Below, one piece after another: positions 1-12,855 of a stretch of 64,000 bases of DNA (the first letter of the stretch is position 1; the number at the start of each line of letters is the position of its first letter). Origin of the DNA: the human T2T-CHM13v2.0 reference genome, Homo sapiens. A model generated the notes under the pieces. That model was not told where the DNA came from and ran no database searches. It saw only the letters and a list, made by a program, of their open reading frames with translations. A program made the translations under genes and the position numbers. The DNA lies in the NCBI RefSeq assembly GCF_009914755.1, contig NC_060937.1; one strand, 5' to 3'.

Positions 1-3
1 AGG

Positions 4-26
4 AAAAAAAAAAAAAAAAAAAAAAA
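4..26 (+). repeat. poly(A) run, possibly the tail of a retroposon lying outside the window
   Basis: Uninterrupted A tract at the window start. Confidence 0.6.
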
Positions 27-551
27 GGTGTAAACCTAGAAAGACAAAGATAAAGTATGTTGCTACATTTGACATATCATATTTTTTAAAATGTTTTGAG
101 GCATTTACAGATAGAGATTTTTTATTTTGTTTTTTAAGCTCTTCAGAAGAGACATAGAAATGACTAAGATTACTGTGTAGAAATATGAAAATAAAAATAG
201 ACGAATGTCAAATTGGAAACCAAAGTATAATTCATTGCATACATAAAAATCTGTTTTAACCTTGTATATTCTACTTCACAGATGTCCTTTTGAAATTTTA
301 ATGCTGATGGAGTTCACATTTCTGCCCACTGCAGCCCACATTTTAGTAAATGAGAGGGATGAAGGAATCTATAGAACACCAAGAATGGAAGATTATTTTG
401 GGTAACAATGAGTGAGAGTGCAAGGCTTTAGAGCCAGTGAGCATCTAGATATTAAAAGATAGATGGGGATTGTTTAAGATTTGTAGGTATCTCTGTTATA
501 CAATCTCCTTAAACGTTCATGAAATAATTAGGATTCAATATTTGATATATC

Positions 552-842
<291 letters not shown>

Positions 843-1919
843 TGGATATCTCTTTTTTACTTGGGATTCTTTAAAAGCAACTCTGATCTGGGATTGAACT
901 ACATGGACATCATTTCACTCTTTTGTGGAAAATATACCCCATAAAGAGTGTCCACATTATTGTCTTGTTAATGCAGTAGGGTGTCCAGAAATAACAGGCC
1001 ATTCTAGAGCTAAAAGTTGGTCAAGGTGTACTTGAATGTTGAGGTAAATGGGTAAAGTTTTAAGTGTGTTATTTGTCTATATCCTGAGATTTTTCTGTAT
1101 TACTTTGAGTAACAGCTACTATAATAAATATTCCTACAATTTTAGAATCTTCAAACAGTTAGTGTTTGTTATTTCTGTAATAGTCCAATATAAATGTTCC
1201 TGGCCAGCTTGTAGTCCTATTATACAAATTAAAGCATGAGATCTTCATTTTGTTTGTTTTATCATCCTCTACAATCTTGGATTCTTCTGCTTCTACCCAG
1301 CTAACAGGGCAGGGGGCAGTAGCGAAGGACATATGCTTTTTTTAAAAAAAAGTCCAACCTAGAAATGACACATCATTTCCATTCATGTTTAAATAATAAT
1401 TCATCATGTAATCCTACTTAGATATAAGGAATACTAGAATGTATATAGTTCTAATTGTAGGCATTTTTCATCAACAAATGCCCACCATGGCAAGGGTCAG
1501 CAATTTGTTGAAGGCAGTTATCTATATCTGAAACGGTGCCATTTGTTACTTTTTATGAGACTTTTAAATGTAAATTTATTGTAATGACCTAAGTTCAGTT
1601 GTTTTAATAAACCTTCATGAAACTAATATCAGATTTGAAGAAAACATTTGATTTCATTCTTAGCCGTGGACCTAAATAATTTTGAACCTGTTGCACCAAA
1701 TCAATGTGTCTGTGGGGGTTCCATTGTACAAGCTCTCAAAGCTCCTGGCAATTTGGCCAGAAGCCCTTCTTCAACCCCATTTTCTGAATTTGTCTACATA
1801 GAAACTATATTTCATTTATTTAATTTTGCCTGTTCTTCAAACCATAATTTAATAAAGTGGAAATATTTTTATTAGAGAGACTTCTAGTCACATACTTCAT
1901 TGAAGTTTAAAATGCCCCA

Positions 1920-2448
1920 TGTTTCAAATGTTCCCCAAGACCACCCTCAGGTTGAGTGATTCACCAGATGGACTTGCAGCTGAGGCTTATTATAGAGAAG
2001 GAATTTATGACAGGATTAGCAAGGGAAAAAGACACAGGGCAGGCAGTGTCTGTGGAAATCCATTCACAGGTTTCATTATGCTTTCTTCTTCCCTCAGTGG
2101 GGCAAATTGAGCATGATCCTTTCTTTGACAATCAAAAATGCAATAAAATGTGTGCAATGGTTCTTCCTAGGGGACCCAGTAGAGACTCAGCACCTGAGAT
2201 TTTCTTAGGCTGGTCACACAAGCACTCTCTGTCAGGATGTTCAAAATTACAAATTCTAAGAAGGAAAACAGTTATATACCATGAATCTCATTATTGGTAC
2301 AAACAGTCTACACATAGTGATTTACCCTTGATCAGTTAGGGAGCAGATGAAAGGCTAAGATCCCAGAAGTCAGCCAAAGGCTGATCTCACAAGCAGGCTC
2401 CTCTGAACATAACAGTTTCAGATCTGCTGTATTAACTCTTTTCTGCAC
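1920..2448 (-). mobile_element. ERVL-class solo LTR, MER68/MER77/MER21-like
   Basis: CCCCAAGACCACCCTCAGG at one end and TTAACTCTTTTCTGCACA (rc TGTGCAGAAAAGAGTTAA) at the other resemble this LTR group. Confidence 0.7.
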
Positions 2449-2747
2449 AACATCCAAAACGTTAATATTTTTTATCTTATTAAAAGTTCATAATGACCCT
2501 CTAAAATTAAGATAATCTGCATAAAGTTTAGGGAATTTGAAGTAAAAGAAACCTGTATGTTTTGAATTCCAAATACATAGCAGACTCTACTAGGTACTTT
2601 AAATATATGAACTCAAAGAAGTTAAGAAATGTGTTTATGGCCACATGCCTAATAAAGGATTAAGAAGCTGAAACTAAAAGCTGACATTGAACAATTCTGG
2701 ACTACACCTTTGTGCCTTTTTAAAAAAATTACTTAGAAATGTCTCTA

Positions 2748-3597
2748 TTCTGTGCTGACAATGTAACAGACACTGGTAACATGTGGTTATTGAGCACTTG
2801 AAGTGTGGCTAGTCCCAGTTGAGATGTTCTATAAATGTGTAATACTTGCTTGATTTAGAAGATTTGGCATGGAAATAATGAATGTAATAGGCCCCACTAA
2901 GAATTCTTAATTTTAGATATAATTTGAAATAACATTTTGGCTATTGTGGTGGTTAATATTGAGTGTCAACTTGATTGGACTGAAGGATGCAAAGTATTGT
3001 TCCTGGGTGTGTCTGTGAGGGTGTTGCCAAGGAGATTAACATTTGAGTCAGTGGACTGGGAGAGGCAGACCCACCCTCAGTCTGGGTGGGCACCATCTAA
3101 TCAGCTGCCAGCATGGCTAGGATAAAAGCCAGCAGAGGAATATGGAAGGACTAGACTGGCTTAGTCTTCTGGCCTACATCTTTCTCCCATACTGGATGCT
3201 TCCTGCCTCAAACATCGAATTCCAGATTCTTCAACTTTGGGACTCTTGGACCTTCAACCACAGACTGAAGGCTGCACTGCTGACTTCCCTAATTTTGGGG
3301 TTTTGCAACTTGGACTGGCTTCCTTGCTCCTCAGTTTGCAGATGGCCTACTGTGGGACTTCACCTTGTGATTGTGTGAGTCAACACTCTTTAATAAATCC
3401 CCCTTTATATATACATGTATCCTGTTAGTTCTGTCCCTCTAGAGAACCGTGACTAATACAGCTATACTGGTTCAAATAAACTATGTTATTAAAATTAATT
3501 TTATCTGTTTCTTTTTACTTTTTTTCAATATGGCTACTATAAAGTTTAAAATTCTATAAGTGGCTCACATTACATTTCTTTTGGATGGCACTGGTCT
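2748..3597. mobile_element. hAT-Charlie DNA transposon (MER33-like), split by an MLT2A LTR
   Basis: CATGTGGTTATTGAGCACTTGAAGTGTGGCTAGT on the left; AT-rich core and GTGGCTCACATT...GCACTG on the right of the LTR. Confidence 0.75.
2945..3460 (+). mobile_element. MLT2A (HERVL) solo LTR
   Basis: TGTGGTGGTTAATATTGAGTGTCAACTTGATTGG...GACTAATACA, AATAAA near the 3' end, perfect 5-bp TSD GCTAT (2940-2944 / 3461-3465). Confidence 0.95.
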
Positions 3598-4297
3598 ATA
3601 CAGGACCTTGAGGATTTCAACTCCAGGCCAAAATCCTACATGTGATCTTTAAGGCTCAACCATAAGAAGTCTACACATAATGTAGACAATGCCTGTCAGA
3701 CCTCATGGGAGAAAGTTATCCTCCGCACCCTAAATTTGGTGCACAGCCAGTGCATTTCAGTCTTTGGAAGATGCTGGAGCCAAGGGCTCAGGCTCCCATG
3801 GCTGGTCATGCTCCTACATATATCATGCATATATCAGCATTAATAGTGTAGGCACCTCATTTGGAGGTTTCTAATTGGAGATAAAGGAGAGGGCTTTACT
3901 AAGGTACTTTTAAGGCCTCTCTGCAAGGATCTTTTTATTTAGGGGTGTTGACTAAGATGGCATGGTACTTTTCCCCTCCTAGCCCTTGCTTTTTTTTCCT
4001 CTTAGTCCTCTAGGTCCATAAATCATCCAGAGCCTTTTGTCCAGGCTCCTCAGCATTGAGATGACTTCCCTCATCTGTACTGCATGTCACCTGACCCTCA
4101 CCTAATGCTGGGTCTGTTGGGGAAGAAAGGAGCAGGGGGAAGCTGGCACTCCATTTGTGTGTGGCTGTGTGTCGTATTTATGCCATTGCAGTTAGTGAAT
4201 AAAGGCTTGATTGCTACTTTCATATTGGCACATTGTCCTAATTGACCATCCAGACTCCTAGCAGCACTGAGAGGCCTCAATAAAATTGGTCTCCTTC

Positions 4298-4663
4298 TGT
4301 CTTAGTCTGTTTGGGTTGCTAGAGCAAACTATTATAGACTGGGTGGCTTATAAGCATAAGAAGTTTATTTTTCACAGTTCTGGAAGCTGGGAATTCCAAG
4401 ATCAAGGTGGCAGTAGATCAAGTATCTGCTGAGGGCCTGCTTTCTGGTTCACACATGGTTGTCTTCTTGCTATGTCTTTACCTGGTGCAGCTTGTGTGAC
4501 AGCTCTCTGGGGTCTCCTTTATAAAGATACTAATCCCACTCATGAAGGCTCTGTTCTCATGACCTAATCAGCTCCCCAAGTCCCTACATTCTAGTACTAT
4601 CGTCTTAGGGGTTGGATTTCAACATATGCATTTTGGGGAGACACAAACATTCAGACCATAGTA
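4298..4663 (-). mobile_element. MaLR LTR (MLT1A0-like)
   Basis: TGTCTTAGTC...TTCAGACCATAGTA termini; perfect 5-bp TSD CCTTC (4293-4297 / 4664-4668). Confidence 0.9.
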
Positions 4664-5129
4664 CCTTCCTTGTGGCAACTATAATTTGTTTTCTTTTATA
4701 TATAAAACATTGGAACTGGGAAGATTGAGTTGAAACACTCTTCCTCTGGGCTTCTATATCACAATTCTGCACATCAGTATTTAGGTCAATTCATACTATT
4801 AATGTGTTTTGATTTCCTACCCTGTCACCAATATTAAAGCCACTTAAAGATAGCAGCTACATCTGATTTGATTTTTCCAACCTAACACAAAGAATGTTCA
4901 TTTTACATAGAAAGGTTCTCAAATAATTGTCAATTAAATGAAGAAATAAACTTGCCTGAAGTAATACAGATGGTAAGTGGTGGATAGATATTTCACATGC
5001 TGGTTTTCTGATATGTTCAAGGCCTTTTCTGCTAAGATGGCCATCTAAATTTTGGATTTATGGTGTGTGAAGCAGCAGGAAAAAACAGATAAGAACGTGT
5101 AATTCTAAGTGATAAAATTTTTGAATATC

Positions 5130-5631
5130 TGTATTATTTTTCTACTTTTGCTGTAACAAATTACCATAAACCTAGTGGAATAAAAATGTGCAAATTTGTG
5201 ATCATACAGTCCTGTAGGTCAGAAATTCAACAGAAGTCTCACTGGGCTAAAATCAAGGTGTTGGCATGTCTGTGTTTCTTCCTAAAGACCCCATGTGAGA
5301 ATCTGTTTACTTATTTTTTTCCCCCAGCTTTTAGAGATTACCTGTATTCTTTGGATGATGGCGCCCTTCTTCCATTTTGCAATGATGTTTCACTTCTCTG
5401 ACTGTTGTTTTTCATCTTATGTCCTTCCCTCTGATACAATTGAGAAGGTTACCCACTTCTAAGGACCAATCTGATAATGTTAGTCCACTTTCTTAACCTA
5501 TGTTAACCTCCCCTCCTTATCCTTAATCACCTCAGAAAAAAAAAATGTCTTTTGCCATTTACTGTAGCATACTAACAGTTCAAGGAATTAGGATGTGCAT
5601 ATCTTTGGGGGGCATTATGCTGCCTACCACA
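5130..5631 (-). mobile_element. MaLR LTR (MLT1D-like)
   Basis: TGTATTA...GCTGTAACAAATTACCA, CTGGGCTAAAATCAAGGTG, ends GCCTACCACA. Confidence 0.85.
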
Positions 5632-5677
5632 ATACTTAAATCAGTAGTTCTCATAATAAATTTGTTAATGTCCAAAT

Positions 5678-5830
5678 TACTATTTCTCAAAATGTAGTAC
5701 CCAGACCAGTAGTGTTTACACCACCTTGGAACTTATCGAATCAGGAAATCTGTAAGTGGGGTCCCCAAAACTACTATTTTACAAGTTGTCCAGGTGTTTC
5801 TCATGAATAATAAAGTTTGAGAACTTTCTG
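5678..5830. mobile_element. MER5A-like hAT-Charlie DNA transposon fragment
   Basis: TTTCTCAAAATGTAGT...GAATCAG-AAATCT...AAAGTTTGAGAAC degenerate TIR-bounded pattern. Confidence 0.7.
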
Positions 5831-6687
5831 AAACTATTCTTATACTTAGCAAGCTTCTAGGAGGTAGCTCCATCTGGGTATATGACAATCCAATTACTCT
5901 TCAGTAGGAAACACTACAGCTAGGCAGCAATCCTAGGAATCAGAGAAGGTCAATGCACAAGTGCTTATTAAGGCTGAATGCCTAAGTAACCCTGTTATCA
6001 TTAAATTTTCTGAGACAGTTGAAGTCAATTTTAAAAAGTCACCATCTTCAATAGCAGCTTAGAGAGTTATTGTGGATAGGCCTTCAAAGAAAAGAGAGAT
6101 ATAAATAATATATTTCATAAATTGCATTTTGAATCTAGCTTAAAATAAAATGATTTTCTGAAGTCACTGGGCTCAGGAATTATAATAGTTTGAAGAAGTC
6201 ATTTTTCCTTTTAATTGAGCTCCATTTTCCACCCTATAATTAAGTACTTAAATGTTTATTAACATCCACACTAATACTAACCATAAATAAATGATGTATA
6301 GGGATAGAAAGAAGTATATGGCACAGTAACTGCCATTGAACAATTGAAAATATTGAGTGGGAAATGTCACTAATACACAATAAAACCATTAACTAGTAAT
6401 ATTGTACAATATAAAATTATGCATGCCTTAGACAAAATGTTCACTTGGTAATATAATTAAAGTGGTTGTTATAACCTGAGAAGGTCTCAGAAGTATTTCC
6501 AGAATTCAATAATACTTGCATTTTGTGTTAGATATATGCTCAATTCAAAAAGGTAAATAGTTCAAGATAATCTAGTTGATGTCTTAGATTCAGAACTCAA
6601 TCAACTGACATCTTTAGTTTTTCATTCCACTGTCATGATTTTTTAGATAAGTTTTGCAGGCCTACTTTTCCGTAGAAAATCAACCCC

Positions 6688-6950
6688 TGACAGAGAGGAG
6701 TTGGCCTGGCGTTATCAGCTTGGCCTGGGGGTTATTAGCATCTGGTTTGCTTCTAACGGTTATGCCATCATATTCTCCCGTTGAACATAAACCATTTCAT
6801 AAAACAGTAATATCAAACAAGGTAACTCTCTGACTGCACTGGATCAAGACAAAAACAGAAGTGCTTTATAATCATATTTGAACACAGAGAGAAGAGCAAT
6901 ATCTATGTACAAACAACAAAATCTACCAACCATCTTCCTATACTCTATGG
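6688..6950 (+). mobile_element. ancient ERV LTR fragment (family not determined)
   Basis: GGATCAAGACAAAAACAG...ATAATCATATTTGAACACAG resembles old ERVL-type LTRs. Confidence 0.4.
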
Positions 6951-8013
6951 CTATAAGTGGCATAATTTATAGAGTCTAAATTATTTTCATTTAGAAAAAG
7001 AGAAATAGTTTTACTTTGAATAAATTGAAAATTTCCTTAACTACATATTCCTTATCATATCATATCTTTGTGAGGCAAAAATCTAAAATGCTCCACTGAA
7101 TTGTCACTGGTTATTTGGAGCCAAAACAGAACTAGTCGTAAAATGACAGTGTCTTCAAACACTCTATATCATAGTCATTATTTTGTGAATAAGGCCTCTG
7201 TGAAACAGCTCTTTAATCAATAGGTGGCATGGTCAGGTCACAGTCTAAAGACCATTTCTCAACTCAGTTGAAGCATGGCAATGTGAACCTATTGCTACAC
7301 TCAACACAAGTTTTAATACGCAGCATACTTTGTTACATTGTCAACGTATAGTATAGACCCGTAGATTTACGTTAAAACGTGCACACTCATTTCTTTAACA
7401 ATTACTTATTAAAATACTGCAAATACAAAATATCTAAATAATGTTTTCCCGTGTGTGTATATATATGTAAATATTTATGTGCATACACACATACTTAACA
7501 TCACTTTACAATTCTATTTATTCTGCCTTTTAATACTGTAGAGAAATTTCCCAACTTAGTTATGAAGATAACTTAATCAGGTAATGTACAATAAGCACAG
7601 ATGGCTTTTGAGACCATTTCGAATTTGGATCATTTATTTTGCTCAGTGATTTAAGTGATTTTCCTTAGTTAATTGAATATAACTGGGGTAACACATTTTT
7701 ACATCCTTATTAAAGTATTTTGATGGATTTTCTTGACACAAGATTGTTTTTCTTACAAGATTTAAATAAATACAACTATCTATTTATCAATCTATCCCCA
7801 TGCATGCATACATATACATATATAAGCATGTTCATATACTTGTATATATTTATACACCTGTGCATAACATTCAATTTACAGTTCCTGTTGTGTAATGTTT
7901 CCATGAGCATAAATCATTTCCTTATTTGTTCAGTCTTAAAATGTTTTTCAGTGTTGTATACAAAATTCACAGATAATTGAATATAATAGCTCTTTCTTAT
8001 TAGTAGTACTTGT

Positions 8014-8077
8014 CTATTGCTTTGTTTATATATAACTCCTCTCTATTGCTTTGTCTATGTATAATTCCTCACTATTG
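8014..8077. repeat. 29-bp tandem duplication (about 2.2 copies)
   Basis: CTATTGCTTTGTTTATATATAACTCCTCT / CTATTGCTTTGTCTATGTATAATTCCTCA / CTATTG. Confidence 0.85.
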
Positions 8078-8235
8078 AACAGTGGATCTCACTTTTGAGA
8101 GAACATTTCTCTCAATTTTATACCAATAATGTATTCCAGGAATTGGCTATCAATTTTATTACCTTGTTCACTTCATCCTGTTTATCCTCTGCTCTCTAGT
8201 GATAAAAGGGCAAATATGTGAGTCTAATATATTCT

Positions 8236-8530
8236 TTTTTTTTTTTTTTTTTTTTTTTTGAGACGGAGTCTCACTCTGCTCACCCAGGCTGGAGGTGCAG
8301 TGGCACGATCTTGGCTCACTGCAACCTCCACCTTCTGGATTCAAGTGAGTCTCCTGACTCAGCCTCCCCAGTAGCTGGGACTACAGGTGCATGGCACCAC
8401 ACCGGGCTAATTTTTTTGTATTGATAGCAGAGATGGGGTTTCACCTTGTTTCAATCTCCTGACCCCGTGATCCACCTGCCTCGGCCTCCCAAAGTGCTGG
8501 GATTACAGGCGTGAGCCATCTCACTCGACC
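8236..8530 (-). mobile_element. AluSc-like SINE with a short internal deletion
   Basis: Poly-T then the Alu reverse complement; 15-bp TSD AGTCTAATATATTCT (8221-8235 / 8532-8546). Confidence 0.95.
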
Positions 8531-9199
8531 AAGTCTAATATATTCTAATGGTCACAGTAATGACCAAAGTTGAGAAAAGTAATCTGTGAAAATTAAACTG
8601 ACATACTGAGAGAAATGAAAATAAACAATGGAGACAAAATTCTGGATTATAGAGTAACATAGAGCTCCCAATACACCAAAGGTGAAGTTGTACTGCTGCC
8701 ATTTCTACAGTTCAGTTACAGGAGGCAACTGTCTCCTTTATACTTAAGATATATTGAGCCAGTTTTCTATCACAAGTAATTTTTGGGAGGAATTGATTTA
8801 AATTTCAAAGTCATCTATTATTTTTGAGGGGATTTAAATTAAAGCATATTAAGGAGACTATACAATGTGGAAAGTACTCTTCTAGTCATAACAGCACATA
8901 ATTTTAATGCAAGCTCCTCAACACATCTGTATGATTGTGTGTGTTTGCATGTACAGGTGTACACACATTTATTTTTCATGGTTCATAACAGGCAGGTACA
9001 CATAAAATAGGTAAGAAGGCATAATAAATATAGGGCTAAAAGACTTTACAAACAGGCTGTAGGTATTCAAAGAGGTGGCACAAATGAACAAAAACACAGT
9101 AAGCCTGCATATCATACTGCACAACAGGGACAAAGCAGTGACCAGAACATTCTGACTCTCAGAAGTCTTTGAGGTTTGCTAGCAAATAACGTGTCCCAA

Positions 9200-11295
9200 T
9201 AAGTCATTTAGACAGTGGAATGCTTAATGTTTGATTTGTATCACCTGAAAATCTCCAGGTCTGGTGAACAGAAGTCTGACTTGAATCACCACAATAGTTA
9301 AAACAGCTCCACAATTACAGACTTGAGCTAGTTCACAGCTCAAGAGTACCTTGGATTTATGATATACTCAGGCCCCTTAAGGAAGGCTCCTGCTATACAG
9401 CCAAAAGCTTTCCTCTGTATATCTCCCAAGCCTTCTACAAAGGGTTATATGATCATTTATTTACCAGGGTGACTAAGCATTTGAGAAAGGGAAATGATCA
9501 GCATTTTGGGGTATTACTGGATTTATTAATTTGAACCAATAATTCCTGGAGACCCCAAACACAGCTGAGGCCCACAGTCGTACTAGGGGCTTTTACAGGT
9601 TATGATATAAATGAAATTTTGGCTTGAGCCATTCTCACAGTGTACCCAATGGACTGTGAATTCTCTCTGTGAGTAGATCCTCAGTACAGAATGCTGACAG
9701 AAATAGACTTATTCAGTAACATGCAGAATGGCCACACGGACTCGCTGACCTGTAAAGTGGGAAACATGGTGTTGGAGTGAGCCAAATAGAATCACCAAAA
9801 CCGCCTCTCAAGTACAATAATGTTTAATAAAATAGATAGCACATAGTGCATTACTGGAGGGATTGCAGGGATTAGTGCCACCATTAGAAACTTGAAAGAT
9901 GCAGGGGTGATGAATACTACTACATAGCCTTTCAACTTATAATTTGGTTTATGCAGAAAACAGATGGATTTTAGATATTAGCAGTGCATTATTGTAAACT
10001 TAATTGGGTCTTTATTCTAATTACAATAGCTTTTTCAGCTGTGATTTCATTGCCAGAACAAATAAACACATCCACTGGGACCTGGTATGCGACTATTAAT
10101 CTGGAGAATATATATATATTTTTCTCAGTACTTACTACTTAAAGATTATCTGTTGGGAGGCTGAGGCGGGTTGATCACCTGAGGTCAGGAGTTCGAGACC
10201 AGCCTGACCAATATGGTGAAACCCCATCTCTACTAAAAATACAAAAATTATCTGGGCGTGGTGGCGTGTGCCTGTAGTTCCAGCTACTCAGGAGGCTGAG
10301 ACAGGAGAATTGCTTGAACCTGGGAGGCAGAGGTTGCAGTGAGCAGAGATAGCGACAGCCTGGGTGACAGAATGAGAATGCGTCTCAAAAATAAATAAAT
10401 AAATAACTTACATTAAAAATAAAAATGAAAATAAAGATCATCAGAACCCATTTTCTTTAAGCTGCCAGGGCCAACAATACCACTTCTCTGACCCCTCAGG
10501 ACAATTTTAAATTTCCAACCTTGTTTCTCTATTCTAAAGGACATCATGCTGCTCCGTTAGTTTGATGATAACATGTTCTCTTGATATGGTGAGCAGAAAG
10601 TAGCATATATACTAAAATCCTTTGTAAGACTCATGTACTCCAGAGAATGGGAAATAAATCCCACAGAAGTTTAGGGGATTGTTACCTAGGCAAAATATTT
10701 TAGGGTCCCATTGTCCAGGACGTGAAGATATATCTTTCAGTGTGGAAAGATAGGTTTTTGCATCTGGCACCCCCTACCACTAGAAAACAAGACACAATGC
10801 TTATGGACAGTTTTGCATATTGGTAGCTCCATTTACCCCATTTTAGTGACCCATTTATCAAGTTACTTTCAATGTTGCTAGTTTTGAACAGGACACCAAA
10901 CAATAAAAATCTCTGCAAAAGACACTATGTTCCACCAAAACTTTCTGCCACTTAGCCACATAGCCCAAATATTCCATTTTTCATGAATTGTCTTTGGCAG
11001 AACAAGTATGCTGCTTAAAGCCTTGGGTTTGTTCTTAGAAATTTATAGTAAAGTGGTGCCTAAACCAGCTTCTGGTTTTCTATATGGGCCTAGGAAAGAC
11101 AGCACACTTGACCATACAGCATGCGATTACCATGCAACCTGAGCTTCCCATAATGAGTCAGGTGTTCTATGACCTTCCAAACTTTAAAGGTGGATGTGCT
11201 CAGCAATACTCCCTCGTCAAATGGAAGTGATACAGACAAGGTTGGGCTTGGGGAGGTCCTAAAGTCATGAGTAGGTTACATAATCTAGCTGGCCG
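9200..11295 (+). mobile_element. decayed ERVL (ERVL-E/HERVL-like) internal region: protease, RT and RNase H remnants
   Basis: Translatable pieces match HERVL Pol: GGIAGISATIRNLKDAGV (~9856), EQINTSTGTWYATINL (~10056), QGQQY (~10466), *FDDNM in place of YIDDIM (~10558), WEINPT, LHLAPPTT, TMQPELPIM; many stops and frameshifts. Confidence 0.9.
10153..10431 (+). mobile_element. 5'-truncated AluSx/Sq-like SINE inserted in ERVL pol
   Basis: Begins at TTGGGAGGCTGAGGCGGG; near-perfect TSD TAAAGAT(T/C)ATC at 10140-10150 / 10432-10442. Confidence 0.9.
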
Positions 11296-11317
11296 ATCTC
11301 AGTGCAGTTCAGTTGAC

Positions 11318-12132
11318 TATTGAGGGCTAAATCTCCATGGCTCTTTCATGTTTCTACATGGTCTCTAAACAAAGACAATAACTGGTTTTGTTCCACTCAA
11401 TCTTTTAAAGAATGTTTGTGTAGCAAACAGCCTTGAAGATATGTTGTCTCCCTATGGAGAAAATTAAAGGCCTAACTGCAATCCAAAATAGTAGAGATAA
11501 TGTATTTCTCCAGAGCAAAGAGCAGGCAGACTTACTGGCCATTATAAAGGATTTAGGTTTTCCAAACATAGGATTTCTCAACTATAATACAACCTGTAAC
11601 ATGTATAGGCATAATGTAGCCCCCTTTGAATTACTCTGTGATAATTGGGGCTCAAGTAACAAGATACAGAAACTGATACTCTGGCTTCTGTTATCTTTGT
11701 GAGTAATAACTCTTCATCTTGGTCTAGTCATTTCATGTATCTCTCTAGCATCCATTAAATAGTGGAATAATAACTTGGTAGTTTGCAAGCAGAGTAATAC
11801 TTTAGATTTTTTGTGTGTGCGTGAGGCAGTTTTGTTCTTGTTGTCCAGGGTGGAGTGCAATGGCATGATCTTGGCTCATCACAACCTCTGCTTCCCGGGT
11901 TCAAGTGATTCTCCTGCTTCAGCCTCCTGCGTGACTGGGATTACAGGTGCCTGCCACCACAAAAGACTAATTTTTGTATTTTTAGTAGAGACAGGGTTTC
12001 TCCATGTTGCTCAGGCTGATCTTGAACTCCCGACCTCAGGTGATCCACCTGCCTTGGCCTTCCAAAGTGCTGGTATTACAAGCATGAGCCACTGCGCCCA
12101 GCCATATTTTAGATTCTTTATAGTTACTGAAA
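11318..12132 (+). mobile_element. ERVL-class LTR (MER76-like), interrupted by an Alu
   Basis: GAATGTTTGTGTAGCAAACAGCCTTG, CAGAGCAAAGAGCAGG, GTGAGTAATAA; same family as 46349-46852; followed by a PBS-like sequence. Confidence 0.7.
11809..12103 (-). mobile_element. AluSp-like SINE
   Basis: Sp-like TCTCCATGTTG and CTCCCGACCTCAGG; TSD ATA(C/T)TTTAGATT at 11797-11808 / 12104-12115. Confidence 0.92.
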
Positions 12133-12630
12133 GTTTCGGCAATGAGGATAAAGTGCTGATAGGTACATGGTTTTCTGGAGGAGAAAGAATGTGGTCCTTG
12201 TGAGATGATATGGGGATTGTAAAAATTCTCATTCAGAACTGTTAGCAAATGCTCTCATCCAAATGGTGAGTGGGAGGGGGTGCTAAAAGTCCTTCACTCC
12301 CCTACCTATTAATGAATGTTTAGAGAATAAACAGTGAGAGTTAAAACAAGCTGCCCCAGGGGTGCTCTGATGATTGCCCACTCTCCTTGAGACAGGAGAA
12401 GGGAGGTGTGTTATGATGACAACAGGGCAGCAAGTCCTGTGGGCCTGGACTAAAGCCAACATGCCTGTAGTTAGCAAGTCAGAAAGTTCCCAAGGTTGAA
12501 ATGTATGGTGTTAGCAACAGGGTGTAGAACTCTAGGTGGATGAAAAACATTACAGGTGTGTCTGATTGAGCAGTGCATGTAGCTGTTCAAAACTAAAATT
12601 AAATGCAATACCTTGCTTATTGACAGAGAG
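12133..12630 (+). mobile_element. start of the internal region of the MER76-like ERV (degenerate PBS)
   Basis: TTCGGCAATGAGGAT immediately 3' of the LTR end resembles the tRNA-Ser PBS TGGCGACGAGGATGGGAT; right boundary approximate. Confidence 0.45.
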
Positions 12631-12855
12631 CAGTTCTCTCCTTCCATACTCCCATCCTTTCCTCCCACTCCACCCTGATATCTGCTACTTTAAGGAGAAA
12701 AATCATTAGAGATAAGGCTTAGGTTGACAGTTATTGAAATTTTTCAGTTACACGAGCTATAATGATACCATGCCATGCAGAAGTATGTTTTTACTGTTGT
12801 TTTTATTTGGAAGTTATTTGTCGATAACAGTGTATACATGGATGTCAAGTTAGGT

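Noticed and set aside
3640-4290. Possible ancient LTR with AATAAA near 4198
   Set aside because: Termini, TSD and family could not be established by eye
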